Source of the DNA: an uncultured Verrucomicrobiae bacterium
Lineage (GTDB): Bacteria > Verrucomicrobiota > Verrucomicrobiia > Chthoniobacterales > JAFAMB01
Assembly (NCBI GenBank): GCA_963837955.1
Contig: CAWIPH010000001.1
Span: forward strand, 416,001 to 480,000
Direction: 5' to 3'
Length of the DNA stretch: 64,000 nucleotides
The translations under genes and the position numbers were made by a program. Every line of letters starts with the position of its first letter. Position 1 is the first letter of the stretch. Positions 10,365 to 19,975 of this stretch are shown here, piece by piece. Below the pieces are notes generated by a model. It was not told the origin of the DNA and made no database searches. It saw nothing but the letters and a program-made list of their open reading frames with translations.

Positions 10365-12053
10365 CTATTTCAACAGCAACACGATTACCACGCCCCAGAT
10401 CGTGAGGAGCGTATTCGCAACCGCGAAGCAAACCGTGAACCCGAGCGCAGGAACTCGACTCTGGGCCGCGTCCTGAATCACCGACAATGCTGCCGTCGAA
10501 GCGCGCGCACCCGCGCAGGCGCCAAGCAGAACGCCTGGATGCATCCTAAAAACATATTTGCCCATCAGTAGAGCAAGCCACATTGGTACGATCGTCACGA
10601 CAACGCCCGCCGCGAAAAGCATTATTCCTGCGTCGCGCAGCCCTTGAACGAATTGGGGGCCAGCCTGGATTCCTACGACCGCCGCAAACATGGCGAGTCC
10701 CACATTATTGAAAACCCAGAGGCCCGCTTCCGGAATATGCCCAAAATTTGGATGCACGGACCGCAACCACCCGAAGACCAGGCCCGCCAGGAGCGTTCCG
10801 CCGCTGATACTGAGACTGATCGGAATCGTGCCGACGCGAAAGCTGAGCAAGCCGATCAGTGCACCCAGGAATATGCCTATGCCGATGAGCGTGACGTTAC
10901 TCGCGTTGCTTGGGCGAATTGGATAACCAATAAATTTGGCGACCCGTTCAACGTCGCGCTGCGAACCGCTTATGCGCAAGACATCAGCCTTTGCAATTCT
11001 CGTTCCTTTATTGAACGGCATCTCCTGACCCCCGCGGACCAACGCGCGCAAGAACACGCCTCGTGAGCGTTGGTCATGGCCCATTTCGGCAAACTCGCCC
11101 AATGTCTTTCCAGCGACCTCCTTGCGGGTCACCATCACATCCAATGTTTCGCTGGGATAATCGAGCAACCCCGGATCGGATACTTCGACTCCAAATTGAC
11201 TAGCGTCCGCAATTAATGTCTCCGTCCGTGAGGCGATCGCCAGAACGTCCCCCAGGTGGATCGGAGCGTCCGGAGTGCTCTCGACGATCTTACTTCCTTG
11301 CCGCAGCCGCTCGACGAAGAGTCGCTGGTTCGGAAAACGAGACTCGAACTCCGCCACCGTGACTCCGCAATAGGTGGGATCTGTTACTTGATAAGCGCGC
11401 ACACTGATCAGCTGATATGCCGAGTGCACGGAAGGATCCGGTTCGCTCCCACCCATGGCTAATTCCAGCGCCTTGCATTCTGCTGCCAGGTTGACGCCAA
11501 GAATTTTGGGCCCCAGCAAGGCAAGGAAAGCCGAAACACCGGCAGTGCCGAAAATGTAGGTGATCGCAAACGCAATGGACATCGCGTTGATCTGTTGCTG
11601 CTGACTATCAGACGAGCTGTGCAACTGATGGATTGCGTCCGTTGCGACGCCCAACACCGAAGAGACTGTGCAAGCGCCACCGAATACCCCGGCGCCGTAA
11701 CCGACACCCAAGTTCAGGATCCGGGCAGTAAAAAAAGCAGCCGCGAGACAGGCTAGACAAACGAGCACCGCAAAGAGCGCTTGCATCAGACCATCGCTTC
11801 TGAGCCCGTGAAAAAATTGAGGTCCGACTCCGTACCCGACCGCGAAAAGAAAGAATAGAAAAAAGACGGATTTGATCGCGGGCGAGATTGGTACGCCGAG
11901 TTGCCCTATCGCTAAGCCGGTCAGCAACACACCTGTCACCGAGCCCACGCTGAATCCGCCGACCTTCAAGCGACCGATGTAAAATCCGATCGCCAGAGTC
12001 AGGAAAATTGCCAGCTCCGGATATTTTCGCAGCGTGTCGTAAAATGGTTCCAT
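10365..12053 (-). CDS. aspT: Aspartate:alanine antiporter (AAE family, TrkA-C domains)
   Basis: PELAIFL, LFAVGYGVGPQFF, central RCK-C domains; start placed at MEPFY because the longer ORF only runs through tandem repeats. Confidence 0.85.
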   Translation of the reverse strand: MEPFYDTLRKYPELAIFLTLAIGFYIGRLKVGGFSVGSVTGVLLTGLAIGQLGVPISPAIKSVFFLFFLFAVGYGVGPQFFHGLRSDGLMQALFAVLVCLACLAAAFFTARILNLGVGYGAGVFGGACTVSSVLGVATDAIHQLHSSSDSQQQQINAMSIAFAITYIFGTAGVSAFLALLGPKILGVNLAAECKALELAMGGSEPDPSVHSAYQLISVRAYQVTDPTYCGVTVAEFESRFPNQRLFVERLRQGSKIVESTPDAPIHLGDVLAIASRTETLIADASQFGVEVSDPGLLDYPSETLDVMVTRKEVAGKTLGEFAEMGHDQRSRGVFLRALVRGGQEMPFNKGTRIAKADVLRISGSQRDVERVAKFIGYPIRPSNASNVTLIGIGIFLGALIGLLSFRVGTIPISLSISGGTLLAGLVFGWLRSVHPNFGHIPEAGLWVFNNVGLAMFAAVVGIQAGPQFVQGLRDAGIMLFAAGVVVTIVPMWLALLMGKYVFRMHPGVLLGACAGARASTAALSVIQDAAQSRVPALGFTVCFAVANTLLTIWGVVIVLLLK

Positions 12054-12110
12054 GTGGGGCGATCGCCAATAGCCAATAGCCGATAGCAAAGAAACAGCAA
12101 CCGCCCCATT

Positions 12111-12240
12111 GGGAACGCCTGCCGGGAACGCCGAGAACGCCGAGAACGCCGTCAACGCCGGGAACGCCGGGAACGCCGGGAACGCCGAGAACGCCGTCAA
12201 CGCCAAACGCCAAACGCCAAACGCCAAACGCCAAACGCCG
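12111..12240 (+). repeat. Tandem array of 9-mers (AACGCCGnn) followed by 7-mers (AAACGCC)
   Basis: Read directly; 9-mer units end in GG, AG or TC. Confidence 0.95.
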
Positions 12241-12283
12241 CGGGGCTTGCAACCCCCGGCCCGTCCCCTTTAACCTCGCTCAC

Positions 12284-13168
12284 ATGCTCCGTTTCCTCCG
12301 GCTCGTTTTTTTTGCTCTTCTTTCATCGACGCTCGCCGGTCAGGCATCCGACTCGAGCCGGCGTTTATGCTTTAGCCGCGATCAGGCCATCTGGCTCTCG
12401 AATCTGGATGGTACTGGCGCTCGCAAGGTCGCAACCGGAGCTGATCCTGCGATTTCCCCGGACGGTACCCGGATTGCTTACACCGAACTAGGCAAGCAAA
12501 CCGTCCGGCACATTGCCGTGATTGATCTCGCTACGGGAGCCAAAACGATCGTTCGCGATGTCCCAAGTGATAACGCGTATGGACCGATCTGGTCGCCCGA
12601 CGGCAAACAGCTTGTCTTCAAAATCTTTGTGAACAGTCACTGGCGTCTTGGTTTAATCCCGGCCGACGGTACCGGATTCCAATTTATCGGTGAGCTTTCA
12701 CCGACGAATCAGGATTACGAATCTCCTGCCTGGGCCCTGGATGGCAAAAGCCTTTATAGCCAGGATTTGACGAACATTTATCGGATCGATTTGACCGGCA
12801 AGGTGTTGAGCCAATGGAAAATTTCCGAAGCTCTATTGAACGCGGGCATGAACAGCGGTGATCGGATCGACCCCGCTGCCGACGGTCAACATCTTCTATT
12901 GGATGCCGACCTCGACGAGGATGGTCCAATCAAGAATTGGGATGGACCGTCACCGGCGGTCTTCTTGTTCGATATTGCAACCGGCAAATCCAAACGGATC
13001 TCTTCGCTAATGCCGTACGCGTGGGAGCCATATTGGTTGAATGAGCAAGAGTACCTTTTCACTGGAACGAAAGACGGCAAGCACTTCGAAATTTATAAAA
13101 CCTCGCTCAGTGGCGGTTCTCCTCAATTGTTGATCAAGAACGCATCAGGGGTAACGGTTTCGAGGTAG
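12284..13168 (+). CDS. Exported TolB-like (PD40) beta-propeller protein
   Basis: Signal peptide, PAISPDG, PIWSPDG and PAW repeats. Confidence 0.8.
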   Translation: MLRFLRLVFFALLSSTLAGQASDSSRRLCFSRDQAIWLSNLDGTGARKVATGADPAISPDGTRIAYTELGKQTVRHIAVIDLATGAKTIVRDVPSDNAYGPIWSPDGKQLVFKIFVNSHWRLGLIPADGTGFQFIGELSPTNQDYESPAWALDGKSLYSQDLTNIYRIDLTGKVLSQWKISEALLNAGMNSGDRIDPAADGQHLLLDADLDEDGPIKNWDGPSPAVFLFDIATGKSKRISSLMPYAWEPYWLNEQEYLFTGTKDGKHFEIYKTSLSGGSPQLLIKNASGVTVSR

Positions 13169-13180
13169 GTACAGGTTAAG

Positions 13181-13260
13181 AGCGCCGGGAACGCCGGGAG
13201 CGCCGGGAACGCCGGGAACGCCGGAAACGCCGGAAACGCCAAACGCCAAACGCCAAACGC
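13181..13260 (+). repeat. Tandem 9-mer/7-mer AACGCC array
   Basis: (A[A/G]CGCCGG[G/A])n then (AAACGCC)n, starting 12 nt after a stop codon. Confidence 0.95.
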
Positions 13261-13312
13261 GTGAGACCATCTGCTATTTGCTATTTGCCATTTGTTCCCC
13301 TCAGTTTGCCGC

Positions 13313-14326
13313 ATGGACTTCATTGTTGTCGGAATCGGGTTTTGGGGCAAAGAATGGACTGAGCTCCTGAAAGCCCATCCGCTCGCCTCGGTGGTTGCAA
13401 CTGTAGACGTCAGCGAAGCAGCCGCCCAATGGTCACAGGAAACGCTCGGCATTCCTTGCTTTCCGCGCCTGGACCAAGCGATCGAAAAAGTGCCGGCGGA
13501 TGCGGTGTTAGTTGTCACCAACCCAGGCCAGCACAAGCCAGTCATTCTCGAGGCGCTTCGCCACGGCAAACATGTTCTGGTGGAGAAACCGATGGTGACA
13601 TCGATCGAAGAAGCTACGGAGATTGCTGCTGCCGCCGAGCGTTCCCCCGGCAAGGTTATGGCTGCGCAAGGCTATCGATTCCTCTATTCTGCAGGATTCG
13701 TCCGCGAAAGGTTAGTTGCCGGCGACATTGGGGAACTGCAAGGCGTCAAGATCCGCTTCCGCCGCCACTTGCCTGATGTCATCAGCAACCCGGAACATCC
13801 GATCTACGCTCTGCCGCATTCGATCCTTCTCGATATGTCGGTGCATCATTTTGATCTTCTCCGCTACATGACTCGGCGAGAGGTTGTCAGTGTGGTAGCC
13901 ATGGAACACGACACTCCAGATAACGCGTTTAAGCATCCTTCCAATGCGATTTGCCTCGTGCGACTGGAACAAAACGTCCCAGTCGTTTGGGATGGTGACT
14001 GGTGTGCCCGTGGGGGCCCCGTGACTTCGTGGGAAGGGGAGTGGCAATTTATTGGCAACAAAGCGCGTCTCTTTTGGGCCGGAAATATTGATGGAAAGAA
14101 TCTGACTTCGGTTCGCCTGGAAGTACCTGAGCAAGAACCGCAGGAACTCCTGACCCATGAGCCAGTCTGGGAGCGTCGCCTACCCCTTCTGGAGCACTTC
14201 ATCGAGAGCATCACGCGAGGTAAACAACCGGAACCGAGTATCCTTGATAACCGCAAGACGCTAGCGGTCGTGTTCGGGAGCCTGGAATCGGTGTTAAAGA
14301 AAACCGAAGTGCGGTTAGGGGAGTGA
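13313..14326 (+). CDS. Gfo/Idh/MocA family oxidoreductase
   Basis: VVGIGFWG, GKHVLVEKP and DMSVHHFD motifs. Confidence 0.92.
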   Translation: MDFIVVGIGFWGKEWTELLKAHPLASVVATVDVSEAAAQWSQETLGIPCFPRLDQAIEKVPADAVLVVTNPGQHKPVILEALRHGKHVLVEKPMVTSIEEATEIAAAAERSPGKVMAAQGYRFLYSAGFVRERLVAGDIGELQGVKIRFRRHLPDVISNPEHPIYALPHSILLDMSVHHFDLLRYMTRREVVSVVAMEHDTPDNAFKHPSNAICLVRLEQNVPVVWDGDWCARGGPVTSWEGEWQFIGNKARLFWAGNIDGKNLTSVRLEVPEQEPQELLTHEPVWERRLPLLEHFIESITRGKQPEPSILDNRKTLAVVFGSLESVLKKTEVRLGE

Positions 14327-14358
14327 GGCACCGCCATCGAGACAGCATTCCCCGGATC

Positions 14359-14647
14359 GGTAGGGCGAAAGCCTGATACCGTCTCAGCGGGGTCGGCTTG
14401 AGCCATCGTGGTTCGCCCCGGCGTGTTGTTCACCCATTTCAGCCACCGCAATGAAATCAAAAACACGATGGAGATCGAACCGCGGACGTGGCTCAAACCC
14501 GGCGCGAAACAGTTTAGAGAACATGGCTCGCGTTGAGCGCACCGAGGCCGCCTTCGCAGACTACGGCGCGCCCTTAGCCCTGAGGATATGGGCATCCAAA
14601 CGCGTGGCCGCGAGGAAGGCCTTGCGGAGTCGGGTTTTCGCCCTACC
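14359..14647. repeat. GTAG-ended REPIN/MITE-like element
   Basis: Termini GGTAGGGCGAAAGCCTGA / TCGGGTTTTCGCCCTACC. Confidence 0.7.
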
Positions 14648-14725
14648 CACAATGGGTCACGCGACCGCTTGGTTACCATATACACGGTGAGTTGCCATTG
14701 AGTCCCAAGGGCGTAATCCTCTACT

Positions 14726-15733
14726 ATGAACCCAATCCGAGCACTTGCTGCTAAAGACGCGCAGTCCAAACTCGAGCCTTTCGAGTACACACTGGGACCG
14801 CTGAACGACGATCAAGTCGATATCGAAGTACAATATTGCGGTGTTTGTCATTCCGATTTGAGCATGCTCAAAAACGAATGGGGCATGACCTCTTATCCGT
14901 TTGTACCGGGCCATGAGGTGGTGGGAAAGATTTCCGCTAAAGGGAGTCACGTCCCTCTACTGGAAATCGGGCAAACGGTCGGACTTGGCTGGTACTCCGC
15001 AAGCTGTTTATCCTGCCCCAATTGTCTTTCTGGTGATCACAATCTTTGCCCGACCGGGGAAGGGACGATTGTGAAACGCTATGGCGGATTTGCTACTCAG
15101 GTACGCTGCCAATGGATTTGGGCCACTCCGCTGCCGGAGACCCTGGATCAGATCTCGGCGGGCCCACTTTTCTGCGGCGGGATCACCGTGTTTAACCCGA
15201 TGGTGCAGCATGAGCTGAGGCCCACCGCCCGTGCCGGGGTGGTCGGGATTGGCGGACTCGGACACCTTGCGCTGCAGTTTCTGCGTAAATGGGGTTGCGA
15301 AGTGATCGCGTTCAGTTCGAATCCAAGCAAGCGCGACGAGGCGCTCAACTTCGGGGCACACCAAGTGGTCGATTCTCGGACCGCTACCGATCACCTGCGG
15401 GGTGCACTCGATCTGATCCTTGTGACAGTCAATGTCCCTTTAGATTGGGAGGCTTACCTGGCGCTGCTAGCGCCGAAGGGCACGCTGCATTTTGTCGGCG
15501 CTGTGCCTCAGCCTATTGCCGTCTCGGCGTTTTCGCTGCTGGCGGGCCAGAAGTCGGTCGCGGGTTCGCCACTTGGCAGCCCGGCTACAACTCGTTCCAT
15601 GATCGACTTTTGCACGCGGCATCAGATCGCGCCGAAGATCGAGCGGTTTCCGATGTCGAAAGCAAACGAAGCGTTAGAACATTTGGAGAAAGGGAAGGCG
15701 CGTTATCGGATCGTGCTCGAAAACGACTTGTAA
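14726..15733 (+). CDS. Zn-dependent NADPH aldehyde reductase / alcohol dehydrogenase (Ahr/YjgB-like)
   Basis: GVCHSD, GHEVVG, structural Zn cysteines, GIGGLG. Confidence 0.92.
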   Translation: MNPIRALAAKDAQSKLEPFEYTLGPLNDDQVDIEVQYCGVCHSDLSMLKNEWGMTSYPFVPGHEVVGKISAKGSHVPLLEIGQTVGLGWYSASCLSCPNCLSGDHNLCPTGEGTIVKRYGGFATQVRCQWIWATPLPETLDQISAGPLFCGGITVFNPMVQHELRPTARAGVVGIGGLGHLALQFLRKWGCEVIAFSSNPSKRDEALNFGAHQVVDSRTATDHLRGALDLILVTVNVPLDWEAYLALLAPKGTLHFVGAVPQPIAVSAFSLLAGQKSVAGSPLGSPATTRSMIDFCTRHQIAPKIERFPMSKANEALEHLEKGKARYRIVLENDL

Positions 15734-15736
15734 AAC

Positions 15737-15838
15737 GGTTGGCGGTTGCAGGTTGGCAGGTTGGCAGGTTAGCGGGTTGGCAGGTTACAAGTTGCAGGTT
15801 GGCCTTGGGGTTCGGCTATCGGCTATCTGCTATCGGCC
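15737..15838. repeat. GGTT(G)GCA 7/8-mer array plus GCTATC 7-mer array between convergent genes
   Basis: GGTTGGCA/GGTTGCA/GGTTACA units at 15737-15803, then GGCTATC units. Confidence 0.85.
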
Positions 15839-16272
15839 ATGCGAAGCTCTAGTTTCCTCACAAAATGATGCCCAGTGATGTCCATTCTGTTTTGGAGATA
15901 AAAACGATGAGCCTCGAAACGTTGTACCCCGGAGTCGAGAACAACTGCGGAACATCCTTGCACTCGCGCCTCCTCCAACAGCCAGTCGAATAACAGGCCG
16001 GCGAATCCGTTTCGTTGGCCGTCGGTGCGGGTTACTAGATCATCGACGTACAGAAACTTGCCGTGATGCAGGTTTTCCAGAAATCGATAGCCGGCAACTG
16101 ACTGCACCGACTCTTCGTTATCTACGCAGACCAACCGGTACCCCTGTTCTATCTGCTGTTGAACGCGCTCGACGATCTCTTCTTCCGTCAGCGCCGTGCG
16201 CAACTCACGCAGGACCGGCGCGCATCTCCGAATCTCCTTGAGATCAGTAACTGGCGCGATCTTTGTGGTCAT
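15823..16272 (-). CDS. GNAT family N-acetyltransferase
   Basis: LYVDDLVT and LDSGVQRFEAHRFY. Confidence 0.9.
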   Translation of the reverse strand: MTTKIAPVTDLKEIRRCAPVLRELRTALTEEEIVERVQQQIEQGYRLVCVDNEESVQSVAGYRFLENLHHGKFLYVDDLVTRTDGQRNGFAGLLFDWLLEEARVQGCSAVVLDSGVQRFEAHRFYLQNRMDITGHHFVRKLELRMADSR

Positions 16273-16486
16273 TGTTTGTCATAATATGATTGAAAGTAGA
16301 AAAGGACTGATAGAAAGAGCCATTTATCATAAATTAGCCAAACCACTTACGCATGCCGAAGGTCGACCAATCTCCATAACGACGCCTGTTTCCATGATCG
16401 GAACCCGTTGGCTTCGAAAAATTTATATTCTAGAGAGCGGACCGATCTGATATAAGAATTCACTCGAAATTGTTTCCCCGGTAAAG

Positions 16487-17047
16487 ATGAGAACTTATTT
16501 TCTAATGCCACTCCGTGTGCTGGTTTCGGCGCGTTTGCTTCTGGCATGTATCGCATCCTGTTTTGTTTTTTCCGTTGCGTCCCAGGCCCAAACGCAGATC
16601 GTCGCATTCGGAGCGAGTAACGTAGAGGGAAAGGGCGTCTTTCCCTCCCAGGCGTGGCCCGCGCAGCTAGAGGCCATGCTGAAGGCGAAAGGCTACAATG
16701 TGCACGTCAAAAACGCGGGCAAATCGGGCGACACAACTTCCGGAATGCTGCACCGGCTTAATTCTGCTGTTCCTTCTGGAACGAAGATTGTGATCTTGGA
16801 CATGGGCGGAGGGTATTTCAACAATCGGAACACTACCGCTGCCAGCCAGGCGAAAGGAAAAGAGGATATGGCTGCGATCGAGACGCAACTGAAATCCCGG
16901 GGCATCACCGTGATACCGGAACTGACGTCCGGCGTCCCCTTGGCCTATAAGCAGACAGACAAGATCCACCTCACCCCAGAAGGCCATAAACTGGTTGCCA
17001 CGTACCTCCTTCCGAAGGTCATCAGCGCGCTCGGCAGCTCGCACTAA
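16487..17047 (+). CDS. SGNH/GDSL hydrolase (arylesterase-like), exported
   Basis: VAFGAS block I, NAGKSGDT, DKIH catalytic motif, signal peptide. Confidence 0.85.
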   Translation: MRTYFLMPLRVLVSARLLLACIASCFVFSVASQAQTQIVAFGASNVEGKGVFPSQAWPAQLEAMLKAKGYNVHVKNAGKSGDTTSGMLHRLNSAVPSGTKIVILDMGGGYFNNRNTTAASQAKGKEDMAAIETQLKSRGITVIPELTSGVPLAYKQTDKIHLTPEGHKLVATYLLPKVISALGSSH

Positions 17048-17067
17048 CAGCCAAAGTTTTTCCTTGG

Positions 17068-18585
17068 CTATTGCTGTGCTGCTTTCTTGGCTATCGGATC
17101 GGTTTGAAACGCTCCGCTGGTAAACTCGATCCTCCTGCCTACCAGATAGAGCGGTGTCCCCGCTAAAGCTCCGTTGGTGTATTTGGGAGTGTAGGCATAC
17201 AGCAACCAACCGGCTAACCCCTCCTCGCTGTCCAATACGATCGTCGGCTCTATCGATATTGAAACGCCGATCTCCCGCATAGCATAAGCATGTATTATCT
17301 TGGCCGGCCCAGGCCATTTTATCCCGTCGTCAGAGAGCTCGATGTAAATACCACTCTTTGTTGGGGGCAAGCCTCCGTCTTCTTCTGCCAGCCGGTTCAC
17401 GTTGAACGTCAAAATGTATTTCTTGAGCCGATTGGAATAAATGACATGGGCATTTAGAGTCGCGGCGTGTTCAGAGTGTGAATCAACAATAGCCGTCTCC
17501 TTTCCCCCAATTCCCGCTTCGGAGAATGTGCCATTGTAAAATTTTTCCCAATTATCTGGAAGCGGTGGCCCTTTGCTTAATTCCGAGCGCGCCATGCAAA
17601 TCTGAGCGTACCCGCCAGTCATTCCAGAGAAAGCGGTATAATAGAGAAAGACATACCGGCCGGAGGGATCGATAACGGCTGCCGGGGAGCCGGCTCCGCG
17701 AATGCTCTGAGTACCCCAATCAGCCCATTCTTTTGGTTTTGCGCTCTTGATAACTTGGCCCTTCTTTGTCCAGCTGTTACCTTCGTCCTCGGACTCGGCC
17801 ACACCGATGCTGCAGTACATGCCCTTGACTCCCATTTGATGGGCTGTGGGTATGTCGCCTTCGTAATCTCGCCCCTCGTAAAAGGCGTATAGTCTGTTGT
17901 CGAATCTTACGATCGAGCCAGCGCCTGCTCCGCCGTTGTCGAACTCTCCCGGCGCACCTGGGCCGAACACCTTACTGGCCGAAATCAAATTTTTGAAATC
18001 TTTGCCTGTGACCAAGTAAGTATCATTGCCAACCTGGGTCAAAAATTGCAGATGATCTGGTTTTTGCTCAAAAACGACAACCCCCTTACCGCCTATATCC
18101 CGGAGTCCCAGATCCTTATCATTCAGTAATGTCTGTTCCTCTTTTACGACCAGCTGAATCCCGCCGCGCAGGTCGACTATCGGGATCGGCGTGAGCGCCG
18201 CGGATCCAGAGGCAGCCGCTTTGCGCCTGTCCGCTTGTTCGGATCCCTGTGAATCCACCGTCCGATTGGCATCGATAACCGCAGAGATAATGAGGATCAT
18301 TCCTCCCGTAACGAAGAGCGCTACCGCCGGCCACATTACGAAGTGGAGCCTAACCGATGGCCTCTGCTCTTGGGCATGGCGCCGATCGAGCCTCCAACCG
18401 ATCACTAGCGCGATGCCAAACCCGACCAGAAGTACAGCCAGGACCACCTTGAGAGTCCAGCTCGGCAGGCTCAAAACGCCACCCACGGTAGATGCGACCT
18501 GAAGAATCAGCCAAGCAGAGACCACATACCCACCGGCAATCCGGTAAATGCTCCGGGATCGAAGTTCCTCGAGAAACGCACTCAC
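17068..18585 (-). CDS. Membrane-anchored protein with a C-terminal Asp-box beta-propeller (glycoside hydrolase-like)
   Basis: Three N-terminal TM helices; Asp-box-like SEDEGNSW and SDDGIKW; GTG start. Confidence 0.6.
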   Translation of the reverse strand: MSAFLEELRSRSIYRIAGGYVVSAWLILQVASTVGGVLSLPSWTLKVVLAVLLVGFGIALVIGWRLDRRHAQEQRPSVRLHFVMWPAVALFVTGGMILIISAVIDANRTVDSQGSEQADRRKAAASGSAALTPIPIVDLRGGIQLVVKEEQTLLNDKDLGLRDIGGKGVVVFEQKPDHLQFLTQVGNDTYLVTGKDFKNLISASKVFGPGAPGEFDNGGAGAGSIVRFDNRLYAFYEGRDYEGDIPTAHQMGVKGMYCSIGVAESEDEGNSWTKKGQVIKSAKPKEWADWGTQSIRGAGSPAAVIDPSGRYVFLYYTAFSGMTGGYAQICMARSELSKGPPLPDNWEKFYNGTFSEAGIGGKETAIVDSHSEHAATLNAHVIYSNRLKKYILTFNVNRLAEEDGGLPPTKSGIYIELSDDGIKWPGPAKIIHAYAMREIGVSISIEPTIVLDSEEGLAGWLLYAYTPKYTNGALAGTPLYLVGRRIEFTSGAFQTDPIAKKAAQQ

Positions 18586-18840
18586 GACGAGAAAGGCGTG
18601 GTCACGCGGGAGATTACTCCGATTCGTACGGAGTAGTGGAGCCTTAAATTCGCCTATTCTGCGCCCGCATTTCGGGGGCAGACGACAATACCATCTAGTT
18701 TGAGCTTCAGGCTCGGGAAAGACGAAGCATTGCCAGCGCGCATTGAGGAATCAGGACAAGGACTTCTCGTACAAACGAGACATCGATTCGGCAGTGGCCG
18801 TTCCCGGGAGCCGTAAGCGACTCCCCTCCGTCACGGTCGA

Positions 18841-19077
18841 TTACCCGGTTTGACTTTCTATTTCGTTAAAGGTGATCGATTTCAGCTCTACTCCAGTGAT
18901 TTGGTCGGGGTTCACAATCTCGATACGCCCGATCTCCTTTTCAAAAACCAGTCGCCCGTAGGGGCTCACCCAGGCGCTTTCGCGAGTTCTGACATAGATC
19001 GAGTCGCCGCCAACTCGGTGTATCGTAAACGGCCGCCAATCTTTGGCTCTCAAGAGTTCCCTGATCCGGTCCGTCAT
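18841..19077 (-). CDS. Small hypothetical protein
   Basis: IRELLRAKDWRPFTIH pattern resembles small conserved PVC-group proteins (recalled, not searched). Confidence 0.6.
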   Translation of the reverse strand: MTDRIRELLRAKDWRPFTIHRVGGDSIYVRTRESAWVSPYGRLVFEKEIGRIEIVNPDQITGVELKSITFNEIESQTG

Positions 19078-19208
19078 ACATATGGCTAAGTCCAAAAATG
19101 GTTTCGTACAAGCGACTCAACGAGGGCAGGGATTTATAGCGGCTCCCTCGTTGGCTCACTATGCACAGTTCGTTGTGTTCCAACTCCAGTTTCCGGTATT
19201 CTGCACAC

Positions 19209-19799
19209 ATGAATGCCCAAGCTAAACCGGATGTTCGGTCCTCCGCCAGAATCTGGCGGCGCGTGCTGGATGACGCGAGCTTTGAAATCAGTCGATTGAT
19301 TTGCTCTCTCACTGGCTATCAGTTAACTGGCACGATCCTTTCGGCGCACGAAAATCAACCGCTTGAAACCCACTATCAAATCCTCTGCGATCTGGATTGG
19401 CGGACACGAGAAGTCGCAATTCAACAGTGCAACGGGTTCGCGGAATCGAACATCAAGCTTTCCGTTAGCGATGGGACGTGGCACCGCCTGGGCGGTGGCG
19501 TATTGCCCGGGCTTGCTAGTTGTATGGACGTCGATATCGAATTTACGCCTGCGACCAACGCACTACCCGTCAATCGGCTCAAATTAGGTGTGGGCGAGTC
19601 TGCTGAGATACTGGTGGCCTGGATCCGTGTTCCCTCGCTCGCAGTTGTTCCAGCTCGCCAGCGGTACGAGCGCTTAAGCACAGATACCTATCGCTATACA
19701 AGTGTCGAGAGCGGCTTCCAGGCCGATATAGAAGTCGATACATCCGGGCTTCCCATCCGCTACGGAAAAATCTGGGAGCGGATTGGCATGGCGGGTTAG
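19209..19799 (+). CDS. Putative glycolipid-binding domain protein (DUF1089-like)
   Basis: DVDIEFTPATNALPVNRL and QRYERL signatures. Confidence 0.8.
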   Translation: MNAQAKPDVRSSARIWRRVLDDASFEISRLICSLTGYQLTGTILSAHENQPLETHYQILCDLDWRTREVAIQQCNGFAESNIKLSVSDGTWHRLGGGVLPGLASCMDVDIEFTPATNALPVNRLKLGVGESAEILVAWIRVPSLAVVPARQRYERLSTDTYRYTSVESGFQADIEVDTSGLPIRYGKIWERIGMAG

Positions 19800-19807
19800 C
19801 TGTTGGT

Positions 19808-19878
19808 AACGCCGAGAACGCCGGGAGCGTCGGGAGACGCCGGGAACGCCGGGAACGCCGGGAACGCCGGGAACGCCG
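19808..19878 (+). repeat. Tandem 9-mer AACGCCG array
   Basis: About 8 units starting 8 nt after a stop codon. Confidence 0.92.
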
Positions 19879-19975
19879 TCTTCCTTCTAGATTCTAAATT
19901 CTCGATTCCGGTTTCTGCATTCGATGGATTCCTCTACCCGTTTCGTTACCATGCAGATTCTGCGTGGAAAATCCG

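Noticed and set aside
12054..12227. N-terminal extension of AspT (AFPAFP...)
   Set aside because: It is the translation of the tandem arrays; family similarity begins at MEPFY.
12111..13260. Repeat arrays as a possible CRISPR
   Set aside because: Units are 7-9 nt with no unique spacers, and no cas genes are present.
13864..14790. 308-aa minus-strand ORF
   Set aside because: Antisense to two real genes and runs through a REPIN; no transposase motifs seen.
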